From Streptomyces phage Circinus, in the sequence record MK620896.1: a stretch of 32,000 nucleotides of DNA. The stretch is one strand, 5' to 3'. Below are positions 14,956 through 20,396 of the stretch, piece by piece. The translations under genes were made by a program, and so were the position numbers. Numbering within the stretch: position 1 is the first letter of the stretch; every line of letters begins with the position of its first letter. The notes under the pieces were generated by a model that saw nothing but the letters and a program-made list of their open reading frames with translations, ran no database searches and was not told where the DNA came from.

Positions 14956-14984
14956 TTGACACGGGTAGAAATATCCGCTATTAT
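14956..14984 (+). promoter_or_regulatory. promoter TTGACA-N17-TATTAT driving tRNA-Arg(ACG)
   Basis: Near-consensus hexamers at optimal spacing. The tRNA starts 15 nt after the -10 box. Confidence 0.7.
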
Positions 14985-14998
14985 TTTCTCATCAGCTA

Positions 14999-15072
14999 GT
15001 CGCCGTAGCTCAATCGGATAGAGCACTTCGCTACGAACGAAGAGGTTGGGGGTTCGAATCCCTCCGGTGACA
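14999..15072 (+). tRNA. tRNA-Arg (ACG)
   Basis: Acceptor GTCGCCG/CGGTGAC, anticodon stem CTTCG/CGAAG with loop CTACGAA, T-arm GGGGG-TTCGAAT-CCCTC. Promoter lies 15 nt upstream. Confidence 0.9.
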
Positions 15073-15086
15073 CGCAAAGCACAATC

Positions 15087-15120
15087 AGAGGCCCGTGGAA
15101 AAATTCTGCGGGCCTCTTTC
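15087..15120 (+). terminator. terminator after tRNA-Arg(ACG)
   Basis: 9-bp stem AGAGGCCCG/CGGGCCTCT followed by TTC. Confidence 0.55.
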
Positions 15121-15137
15121 CAACCAAGGAGAAAACG

Positions 15138-15392
15138 GTGGAGCTAGAAACCCTCATTGAGATGGGTGTCTACGAGGTCTCGGGTGTCGATGAGACAGGC
15201 GAGCCACTGTATTCGCTCAACGTCCCGATGGCCAAGGAGCTTGCTCCGGAGGTATACTGGGCTGACAGGAACGCCTGCGAGACTGCGATTTTCGACGCGG
15301 TGGAGCAGGGCTATCTGGAGTGGGACGTTGACCCGGAGACTCTGGAGATGACGTTCTCGGTGACCGAGCTGGGAGAGAAGTTCATCGACTAG
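15138..15392 (+). CDS. hypothetical acidic protein
   Basis: 84 aa, GTG start after AAGGAGAA. Confidence 0.7.
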   Translation: MELETLIEMGVYEVSGVDETGEPLYSLNVPMAKELAPEVYWADRNACETAIFDAVEQGYLEWDVDPETLEMTFSVTELGEKFID

Positions 15393-15398
15393 CGGTTT

Positions 15399-15471
15399 GC
15401 CCCTATAGCTCAGTGGATAGAGCAGGTGCCTTCTAAGCATCTGGCCGCTGGTTCGAGTCCAGCTAGGGGCG
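15399..15471 (+). tRNA. tRNA-Arg (TCT)
   Basis: Acceptor GCCCCTA/TAGGGGC, anticodon loop CTTCTAA, T-arm GCTGG-TTCGAGT-CCAGC. Confidence 0.9.
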
Positions 15472-15529
15472 CAAATTTTCGGCGGGTTGCCCGCAAGCTC
15501 GTTTGTTCGTCCTAACACAGGGAGAAGAG

Positions 15530-15724
15530 ATGGGCGAGATTTGGCACCACTATGCTGAGATGATTACGGACCCGGCTCACACCCTCGTGGAGCTGACGTT
15601 TATCCTCTTGGTAGATGTACTGTTCCTTGGCCTTCTGTGGCCTCTTGCCAAGCGTTCCGTGAATAAGCGGGTCAACGCTGAGCACAAGGTTCTTGACAAG
15701 GAGCACGGCGTTACGCACGATTAA
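15530..15724 (+). CDS. small membrane protein (1 TM)
   Basis: ATG 15530 after AGGGAGAAG. Hydrophobic stretch LTFILLVDVLFLGLLWPL. The track ORF was trimmed. Confidence 0.6.
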   Translation: MGEIWHHYAEMITDPAHTLVELTFILLVDVLFLGLLWPLAKRSVNKRVNAEHKVLDKEHGVTHD

Positions 15725-15768
15725 AATAATGTGGTAAACTAGTTACGCAGAGTGACTAGGAGGCCACA

Positions 15769-16449
15769 ATGAAGGTAGTAACCGCGAATATTCGCAACAA
15801 CCCCGACATGCTCAGAAAGAAGGTCAAGGCTGATGCTGCGACAGTCTCCGGGCTAGGCGGGGTTTTGCTGTTCCAGGAAATCGGAGAGCCAGAGGACCAC
15901 ACGGACGTGAAGGCGGCTATCGGGACCGCCTTCACCTACGTCCACGATAATGTGGAAATTCCCATCGCCTTCCGCAAGAGTTCCTGGAATCTGCTCGACA
16001 GCGACGTAGTTCTCATGCACAAGGGGAAGAGGATGACCTCCCCGAACAGATATCTGTCATGGGTTCTGCTGGAGCGTCGGAACAACAAGCAGCTCGTCTG
16101 TATCATGAACACCCATTTTGTCTCGGGAGCCTGGAACGGGACTCCCAAGCTGAACAAGGCGTGGCGCAGGGAGCGCTGGCTGGAGCACTGGAAGAAAATG
16201 TCATCAGTGGTTAATTACTTCCACAGCCAAGGAGTCACCGTGATTTTCGGTGGCGATTTCAATAGGCTGAGGGTTGCCAGGTTCCACCAGGACCAGCGTT
16301 GGGCCGTCAACCGAGGCATCGACAAGATTGGTGTGCTGGAAGGACACGGCGGGGTTCGTGTTAAGCTTCTAGGACAGTCCCATCATCCGCTGAATAGCGA
16401 CCACGATGCCCACGTAGCCAGCATTGAATTGCATGGCATGGTAAAATAA
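15769..16449 (+). CDS. endonuclease/exonuclease/phosphatase (EEP) family protein
   Basis: LLFQE, MNTHF, FGGDFN and NSDHD in the order expected for EEP catalytic residues. Confidence 0.8.
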   Translation: MKVVTANIRNNPDMLRKKVKADAATVSGLGGVLLFQEIGEPEDHTDVKAAIGTAFTYVHDNVEIPIAFRKSSWNLLDSDVVLMHKGKRMTSPNRYLSWVLLERRNNKQLVCIMNTHFVSGAWNGTPKLNKAWRRERWLEHWKKMSSVVNYFHSQGVTVIFGGDFNRLRVARFHQDQRWAVNRGIDKIGVLEGHGGVRVKLLGQSHHPLNSDHDAHVASIELHGMVK

Positions 16450-16453
16450 TGCT

Positions 16454-16969
16454 ATGACTAATAAGCCATTGCCCGGAGATTTCGGGCTGACACGAATTCG
16501 CGGGTTTGTGGGGTGGTGGATTGGGCTGGGCCAGCTAATCACGGGAGATGCTTCCCGGTACACCCATGCATTCATCGTGCTAGATGATGAAACAGTTGTT
16601 GAGGCAATGCCTGGTGGAGCTATCATTACTCCAATTTCCGAATATGCTGGAAGGGCTGTGTACTCACGACTGGAGCTGACTGATGACCAGCGTGCAGCAA
16701 TCGTGCGTGAGGCCAGGTCGCTTGAGGGAATCCCATATTCCTTCCTTGACTACCTTGCCCTTGCTCTGGCACACTTTGGTATCAAGCCGAAGAAGCTCCG
16801 CAAGTACATCACGACTAAGGGGCATATGATTTGCTCCCAGCTTGTTGATGAGGTATATAGGCGGGCGGGTATCCACATGTTCAATGACGGCAGGCTTCCA
16901 CAGGACGTAACTCCTGGAGACCTTGCTAATTATCTCATTGAGCGTGAATGGGAACTTGAAACCCTTTAG
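16454..16969 (+). CDS. permuted papain-fold (NlpC/P60 superfamily, YiiX-like) peptidase/amidase
   Basis: His-first then Cys order: YTHAFIVLDDETVVEA followed by GHMICSQLVDEVYRRAG. Confidence 0.6.
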   Translation: MTNKPLPGDFGLTRIRGFVGWWIGLGQLITGDASRYTHAFIVLDDETVVEAMPGGAIITPISEYAGRAVYSRLELTDDQRAAIVREARSLEGIPYSFLDYLALALAHFGIKPKKLRKYITTKGHMICSQLVDEVYRRAGIHMFNDGRLPQDVTPGDLANYLIEREWELETL

Positions 16970-16984
16970 TGATATACTGATGTC

Positions 16985-17140
16985 ATGAAGAGATACGTTT
17001 ATTCAGTGCTTCTACAGGTTGAGGTAGAGGCGTTCAGTGAAGCTGATGCCCAAGAGGCGGTCCAGGACTGCTTTGGTGAGGGCAGCAATTGTGGATTGAA
17101 TGTCCTTGACTTCGAGGTTGTAGATAGCGATGAGTTCTGA
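16985..17140 (+). CDS. hypothetical protein (51 aa)
   Basis: ATG 16985 to TGA 17138-17140, overlapping the next ATG at 17130 by 11 nt. Under the 60-aa cutoff. Confidence 0.45.
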   Translation: MKRYVYSVLLQVEVEAFSEADAQEAVQDCFGEGSNCGLNVLDFEVVDSDEF

Positions 17141-17354
17141 GTTCCAAGAGATGCTTGACCTGATGGGCAAGCCTGGGGTTACGGTTATGCAATTCTGCGG
17201 GATTTCCGTGGATGACGATAACTTCTGTGACCAAGAGGCCGTAGGAGAAGTCCTGGCCGAGCTGGAGGACGGGGTTACCCTTCCTATCCCAATCTGTGAG
17301 GGCCACCTGCGTGCCGTGCAAGCCCAGTACACAGTAGAAGAACTGAATACGTAA
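17130..17354 (+). CDS. hypothetical acidic protein
   Basis: 74-aa ORF, operon-coupled to the upstream ORF. Confidence 0.6.
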   Translation: MSSEFQEMLDLMGKPGVTVMQFCGISVDDDNFCDQEAVGEVLAELEDGVTLPIPICEGHLRAVQAQYTVEELNT

Positions 17355-17358
17355 TTAT

Positions 17359-17388
17359 TTGACAAGCAGTTGGAACTCTTGCTATGAT
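17359..17388 (+). promoter_or_regulatory. promoter TTGACA-N18-TATGAT driving tRNA-Ala
   Basis: Read directly from the sequence. The tRNA starts 15 nt after the -10 box. Confidence 0.65.
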
Positions 17389-17402
17389 AGAGGAGTTCCG
17401 TT

Positions 17403-17475
17403 GGGGATGTGGCGCAATTGGAAGCGCAGGTGCTTTGCAAGCACAAGGTTGTGGGTTCGAGTCCCATCTTCTCCA
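17403..17475 (+). tRNA. tRNA-Ala (TGC)
   Basis: Acceptor GGGGATG/CTTCTCC with the G3:U70 alanine identity pair and one U-U mismatch, anticodon loop TTTGCAA, T-arm GTGGG-TTCGAGT-CCCAT. Confidence 0.8.
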
Positions 17476-17506
17476 CCTATTCCCAAATCCAATGGGAGGT
17501 GATAGC

Positions 17507-17581
17507 ATGTCTATTGAACGTGCTCTCGTAATTGCAATTCTCGTAATTCTGTTTATTGCAGTGCTAATGTGGGTATTCTAA
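17507..17581 (+). CDS. micro-ORF, hydrophobic single-TM peptide (24 aa)
   Basis: GGAGG lies 7 nt upstream of ATG 17507. Peptide is MSIERALVIAILVILFIAVLMWVF. It sits between tRNA-Ala and promoter 17586. Confidence 0.4.
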   Translation: MSIERALVIAILVILFIAVLMWVF

Positions 17582-17585
17582 AAGC

Positions 17586-17614
17586 TTGACAGCCTGTTCC
17601 TCGGCTGTTACAAT
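17586..17614 (+). promoter_or_regulatory. promoter TTGACA-N17-TACAAT driving the Lys-Met-fMet-Phe tRNA cluster
   Basis: Read directly from the sequence. The cluster ends at terminator 17983-18010. Confidence 0.7.
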
Positions 17615-17627
17615 AGAGGAACAACAT

Positions 17628-17700
17628 GCGCCGGTAGCTCAGTTGGTAGAGCAAGGGACTCTTAATCCCTGGGTCCACGGTTCGAGTCCGTGTCGGCGTA
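17628..17700 (+). tRNA. tRNA-Lys (CTT)
   Basis: Acceptor GCGCCGG/TCGGCGT, anticodon stem AGGGA/TCCCT with loop CTCTTAA, T-arm CACGG-TTCGAGT-CCGTG. Confidence 0.9.
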
Positions 17701-17723
17701 CTTCGGAAGCATTAGCTTCCCAT

Positions 17724-17795
17724 GGCGGCTTAGTTCAGGGGTAGAACGCTCCCCTCATAAGGGAGAAGTCATTGGTTCAAATCCAATAGCCGCTA
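17724..17795 (+). tRNA. tRNA-Met (CAT), elongator-type (or Ile2 if lysidinylated)
   Basis: Acceptor GGCGGCT/AGCCGCT, anticodon stem CTCCC/GGGAG with loop CTCATAA, T-arm ATTGG-TTCAAAT-CCAAT. Confidence 0.85.
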
Positions 17796-17797
17796 CT

Positions 17798-17873
17798 TGC
17801 GCGGTAGTGGAGTTAGGTTCCACGCAGGGCTCATAACCCTGAAACATCGGTTCGAATCCGGTCTGCGCCACCA
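17798..17873 (+). tRNA. tRNA-fMet-like initiator (CAT), CCA encoded
   Basis: Anticodon stem CAGGG/CCCTG gives three consecutive G:C pairs next to loop CTCATAA. Positions 1:72 are an unpaired T/C. The 3' ACCA is encoded. Confidence 0.8.
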
Positions 17874-17901
17874 CGTAAATCCTGTGACGAAAGTCACACC
17901 T

Positions 17902-17980
17902 GGGGCCGTAGCTCAGTTCGGTCAGAGCGCTCGGTTGAAACCCGAGAGGTTCGTTGGTTCGATTCCAACCGGTCCCACCA
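17902..17980 (+). tRNA. tRNA-Phe (GAA), CCA encoded
   Basis: Acceptor GGGGCCG/CGGTCCC, anticodon stem CTCGG/CCGAG with loop TTGAAAC, T-arm GTTGG-TTCGATT-CCAAC. The variable region looks 1 nt longer than usual. Confidence 0.85.
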
Positions 17981-17982
17981 TG

Positions 17983-18013
17983 AAACCCCCGTGACACGCT
18001 CGCGGGGGTTTCT
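17983..18013 (+). terminator. terminator after tRNA-Phe
   Basis: AAACCCCCG/CGGGGGTTT stem with a trailing T-run. Confidence 0.7.
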
Positions 18014-18028
18014 GCTATCCTGTGAGGC

Positions 18029-18316
18029 ATGGCGAAGTTCCAGGAGCATGTCTCATTACATGAAACTGCTGTGCAAGCTGCGGCGGATGGGGTTGACATT
18101 CCGAAGCCCCGTCGTCGTCGGTCCAAGCCCGAGGAGCACCCCGTAGACGTGTCTGTGCAGACGCGCAGGAAAAGCTCCAAGGTGGCGGATAAACTCTTCA
18201 AGGATGTCCACGAAGAGGTTTACGACACAGCAATGAATCTAGCGGGCCAGAACTGGCGACGGCTGGAAGTCATTGACAGCACAACGGTTGTAGTCCATAA
18301 TAATGAGGTACACTGA
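18029..18316 (+). CDS. hypothetical protein
   Basis: 95-aa ORF after terminator 17983-18010. Basic segment PKPRRRRSKPEE. Confidence 0.65.
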   Translation: MAKFQEHVSLHETAVQAAADGVDIPKPRRRRSKPEEHPVDVSVQTRRKSSKVADKLFKDVHEEVYDTAMNLAGQNWRRLEVIDSTTVVVHNNEVH

Positions 18317-18501
18317 TGGCAACGGCAGAACCTCCGATTGAAAGTCCTACGGAGACTGACAAGCGCGCTGCGGCTGAGCTTGGCATTACTCCCGAGGATA
18401 TGGTTCGCATCCTTGACGTGTGGTCCAAGCACGCAAGGGATGTAGCCCTTGAGCGTCGAAAGGCGCGGGTTGCGAACGTTCAGCGGATTGTGGTAGAATA
18501 A
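18316..18501 (+). CDS. hypothetical protein
   Basis: 61-aa ORF with a TGATG overlap to the upstream gene. Confidence 0.6.
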   Translation: MATAEPPIESPTETDKRAAAELGITPEDMVRILDVWSKHARDVALERRKARVANVQRIVVE

Positions 18502-18524
18502 TTCAATGAGCCCGAAAGGGCCTA

Positions 18525-18608
18525 GTGTCGGTAACCCGTAATTGGTAGCGGTCCTGACTGTAAATCAGGTGTCTTCGGATTCTGGGGGTTCAAGTCCCTC
18601 CCGGCGCA
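18525..18608 (+). tRNA. tRNA-Tyr (GTA), class II
   Basis: Acceptor GTGTCGG/CCGGCGC, anticodon stem CCTGA/TCAGG with loop CTGTAAA, long variable arm, T-arm GGGGG-TTCAAGT-CCCTC. Confidence 0.85.
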
Positions 18609-18609
18609 C

Positions 18610-18708
18610 ATGTCAACTCCCGGTCCAGTATATTGTGCAGAGTGCGGTGGAGCTAATCCACCAGGGTCAACCTATTGTCAAGGTTGCGGAAAGATGTTGA
18701 ATCCATAA
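18610..18708 (+). CDS. micro-ORF, zinc-ribbon peptide (32 aa)
   Basis: The ATG begins 2 nt after the tRNA-Tyr 3' end and there is no SD. YCAECG ... YCQGCG is a textbook double CxxC ribbon. Confidence 0.4.
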   Translation: MSTPGPVYCAECGGANPPGSTYCQGCGKMLNP

Positions 18709-18716
18709 AGTAATTC

Positions 18717-18789
18717 GCCCCCTTAGCTCAGTTGGTAGAGCAGGAGACTTTTAATCTTCGGGTCGTCCGTTCGAGTCGGACAGGGGGCA
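18717..18789 (+). tRNA. tRNA-Lys (TTT)
   Basis: Acceptor GCCCCCT/AGGGGGC, anticodon loop CTTTTAA, T-arm GTCCG-TTCGAGT-CGGAC. Confidence 0.9.
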
Positions 18790-18791
18790 CT

Positions 18792-18864
18792 GTGACGTAA
18801 GCCGAGCGGTTAAGGCACTTGGTTGTGGCCCAAGGTTTGGCGGGTTCGACTCCCGTACGTCACC
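18792..18864 (+). tRNA. tRNA-His (GTG)
   Basis: Acceptor GTGACGT/ACGTCAC, anticodon stem CTTGG/CCAAG with loop TTGTGGC, discriminator C. No encoded G-1 is obvious. Confidence 0.85.
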
Positions 18865-18866
18865 CC

Positions 18867-18937
18867 GGTCCTATGTGCGAGTGGTTAGCAACTAGTCTGC
18901 AAAACTAGGAACGTCGGTTCGAATCCGACTAGGACCT
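18867..18937 (+). tRNA. tRNA-Cys (GCA)
   Basis: Acceptor GGTCCTA/TAGGACC, anticodon stem CTAGT/ACTAG with loop CTGCAAA, T-arm GTCGG-TTCGAAT-CCGAC. Confidence 0.85.
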
Positions 18938-19175
18938 CAATCTCGGCAGGCTGTCTGGTCGAGCCGATATCGTGGCGCTGGCTGCGGTATCCTGTGTGAC
19001 AGTACGGGACAGCTCTAGCAGGCTGATTAATCCAAGGGTAGAGCCCGTGAACACCTTGGCGTCAGAACGACTAAGTATGTGCTAGCATACTCTGACGAAC
19101 TTATCATGCGGTACGGCGGCTAGTCACCTCCAGATTCCGCCCCGTGGTACCCCATCACACGTTAAACTGGGGCAC
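18938..19175 (+). ncRNA. candidate structured non-coding RNA between tRNA-Cys and tRNA-Arg(TCG)
   Basis: About 240 nt with no plausible ORF. Several hairpins are readable by eye: CCAAGG/CCTTGG at 19032-19059, CGTCAG...AGTATG-TGCTAG-CATACT...CTGACG at 19060-19096, and GGCGG/CCGCC enclosing the loop CTAGTCACCTCCAGATT. Confidence 0.35.
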
Positions 19176-19248
19176 GCCTCCTTAGCTCAGGGGACAGAGC
19201 AGCGGTCTTCGGAACCGCGTGGCGGGAGTTCGAATCTCTCAGGGGGCA
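19176..19248 (+). tRNA. tRNA-Arg (TCG)
   Basis: Acceptor GCCTCCT/AGGGGGC, anticodon stem GCGGT/ACCGC with loop CTTCGGA, T-arm GGGAG-TTCGAAT-CTCTC. Confidence 0.9.
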
Positions 19249-19269
19249 CTTCCGATTTAAGGAATAAAA

Positions 19270-19701
19270 ATGATTAACGTTGTCTGGGGTGAATACAGCT
19301 ACCAGTCAGAGCCGGGTGAGGACACGGATGAGCCGTACTCCTGGCGAGGCGTAGAGACGACCGAGATTAGCGATGTAGAGGCCGTTTATTCAAAGGGCGA
19401 GGGAAACCCTCACCGAGGAATGATTCGGCCGGGTGCTTTTTCGTGTGAGGCTGAGCCGGGTGATACTGTGTATGCAGTCATCGTCAGGTACTCCACGGGA
19501 GACACCTTCGGACGTGAAGAGGGATTGGCCATCTGCCTTGATGTTTTCACTGATGTTGACAAGGCTGAGGAGCTTGCGAAGGCAGCTCGTGAGGTCGATG
19601 AGTTTCGGATGACCGTCAACGACGTAGAATATTACGTCAGTTGGGTCGGCTACTTCGAGCATCTTGAGGATGTTGTCGTAGAGGAACTTGTGGTACGATA
19701 A
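19270..19701 (+). CDS. hypothetical acidic protein
   Basis: 143-aa ORF preceded by AAGGAA. Confidence 0.75.
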   Translation: MINVVWGEYSYQSEPGEDTDEPYSWRGVETTEISDVEAVYSKGEGNPHRGMIRPGAFSCEAEPGDTVYAVIVRYSTGDTFGREEGLAICLDVFTDVDKAEELAKAAREVDEFRMTVNDVEYYVSWVGYFEHLEDVVVEELVVR

Positions 19702-19713
19702 GTTTGTGGCTGC

Positions 19714-19806
19714 GGTTGCCAGCCAGTATAGAATAACCCGTAAATCCTGGTTATCGCGCCTACGCGGCGGGTTGTTCGAATACAAAGGGGTCACGCCCAA
19801 GCAACC
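19714..19806 (+). pseudogene. possible decayed class-II tRNA remnant
   Basis: Closing helix GGTTGC/GCAACC, hairpin ATAACC-(10 nt)-GGTTAT, mini-hairpin CGCG-CCTA-CGCG, and a TTCGAAT T-loop-like heptamer whose flanks no longer pair as a 5-bp stem. Confidence 0.3.
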
Positions 19807-19809
19807 AAT

Positions 19810-19882
19810 GCTCGTATAGTTCAGTGGATAGAATACTCGCCTCCTAAGCGAGGGGTCGCTGGTTCGAATCCAGCTACGAGCA
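19810..19882 (+). tRNA. tRNA-Arg (CCT)
   Basis: Acceptor GCTCGTA/TACGAGC, anticodon stem CTCGC/GCGAG with loop CTCCTAA, T-arm GCTGG-TTCGAAT-CCAGC. Confidence 0.9.
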
Positions 19883-19893
19883 CGCACGAACTC

Positions 19894-20188
19894 GGGGTAG
19901 CCTGGTTTCGACGTTGATGAATGGTATATAAGCGCAGCCAGTCTTTGAGCAAGAGACTTAAAACAGGTTCAAAACAATAAATGCTGACAACATTGATGCA
20001 GAGTACGAGGCGCTTTGCGCTGAGTACGCACTCGTGACCGTTTGAGTCACCGGGCTTGCGGATGGCCTAGGAACAGAACAATCCGCTTGTGTAGAACATG
20101 CAAAACCCTGTAGTAAATGATGGACATGGCTGTACATCGACTGTATGCTTGAAATGAACGGACAGGGGTTCGACTCCCCTCTACTCCA
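19894..20188 (+). ncRNA. ssrA: tmRNA (SsrA), about 295 nt
   Basis: 5' GGGGTAGCCTGGTTTCGACG. The 3' GGGGTTCGACTCCCCTCTACTCCA forms a tRNA-like T-arm and an acceptor with the 5' end (GGGGTAG/CTACTCC). A candidate tag frame runs GCT 19983 to TGA 20043-20045 (ADNIDAEYEALCAEYALVTV). Confidence 0.85.
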
Positions 20189-20199
20189 CGCAATGAGGA

Positions 20200-20370
20200 A
20201 TGATGAAGGCAAGTAATCAGTACGTCTACAGTGACGACGAAGGTTATCTAGATAGACTCGCGGAAGAGTATGCTATGCTTGGGCGTAGCGTGAAGCGAGA
20301 AAAGGGCAGGCTTATTGTCTTTGCCCTGGCTCGCAAGAGTCGTAAGTCGTCTCCCCGCAGGAAGCGTTGA
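20200..20370 (+). CDS. small basic protein (56 aa)
   Basis: ATG 20200 after GAGGAA, immediately downstream of the tmRNA. C-terminus is KSRKSSPRRKR. The stop overlaps the -35 box of promoter 20367. Confidence 0.4.
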   Translation: MMKASNQYVYSDDEGYLDRLAEEYAMLGRSVKREKGRLIVFALARKSRKSSPRRKR

Positions 20371-20396
20371 CAACTTCCTACGGGGGATGCTACAAT
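20367..20396 (+). promoter_or_regulatory. promoter TTGACA-N18-TACAAT upstream of tRNA-Asn
   Basis: Read directly from the sequence. An ~85-nt leader precedes the tRNA. Confidence 0.65.

Noticed and set aside
14871-15077. N-terminal extension of the Lsr2-like ORF back to ATG 15077
   Set aside because: The extension is the reverse complement of tRNA-Arg(ACG) and its promoter. Its peptide begins GGIRTPNLF, a typical antisense-tRNA translation artefact. I kept only the part from GTG 14870 and flagged the start as unresolved.
19702-19809. An intact additional tRNA (for example Leu-TAA) upstream of tRNA-Arg(CCT)
   Set aside because: It has a closing helix and a TTCGAAT heptamer, but the T-stem does not pair (only 4 bp, shifted by 1 nt) and the putative anticodon hairpin has a 10-nt loop. 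I listed it only as a possible remnant.
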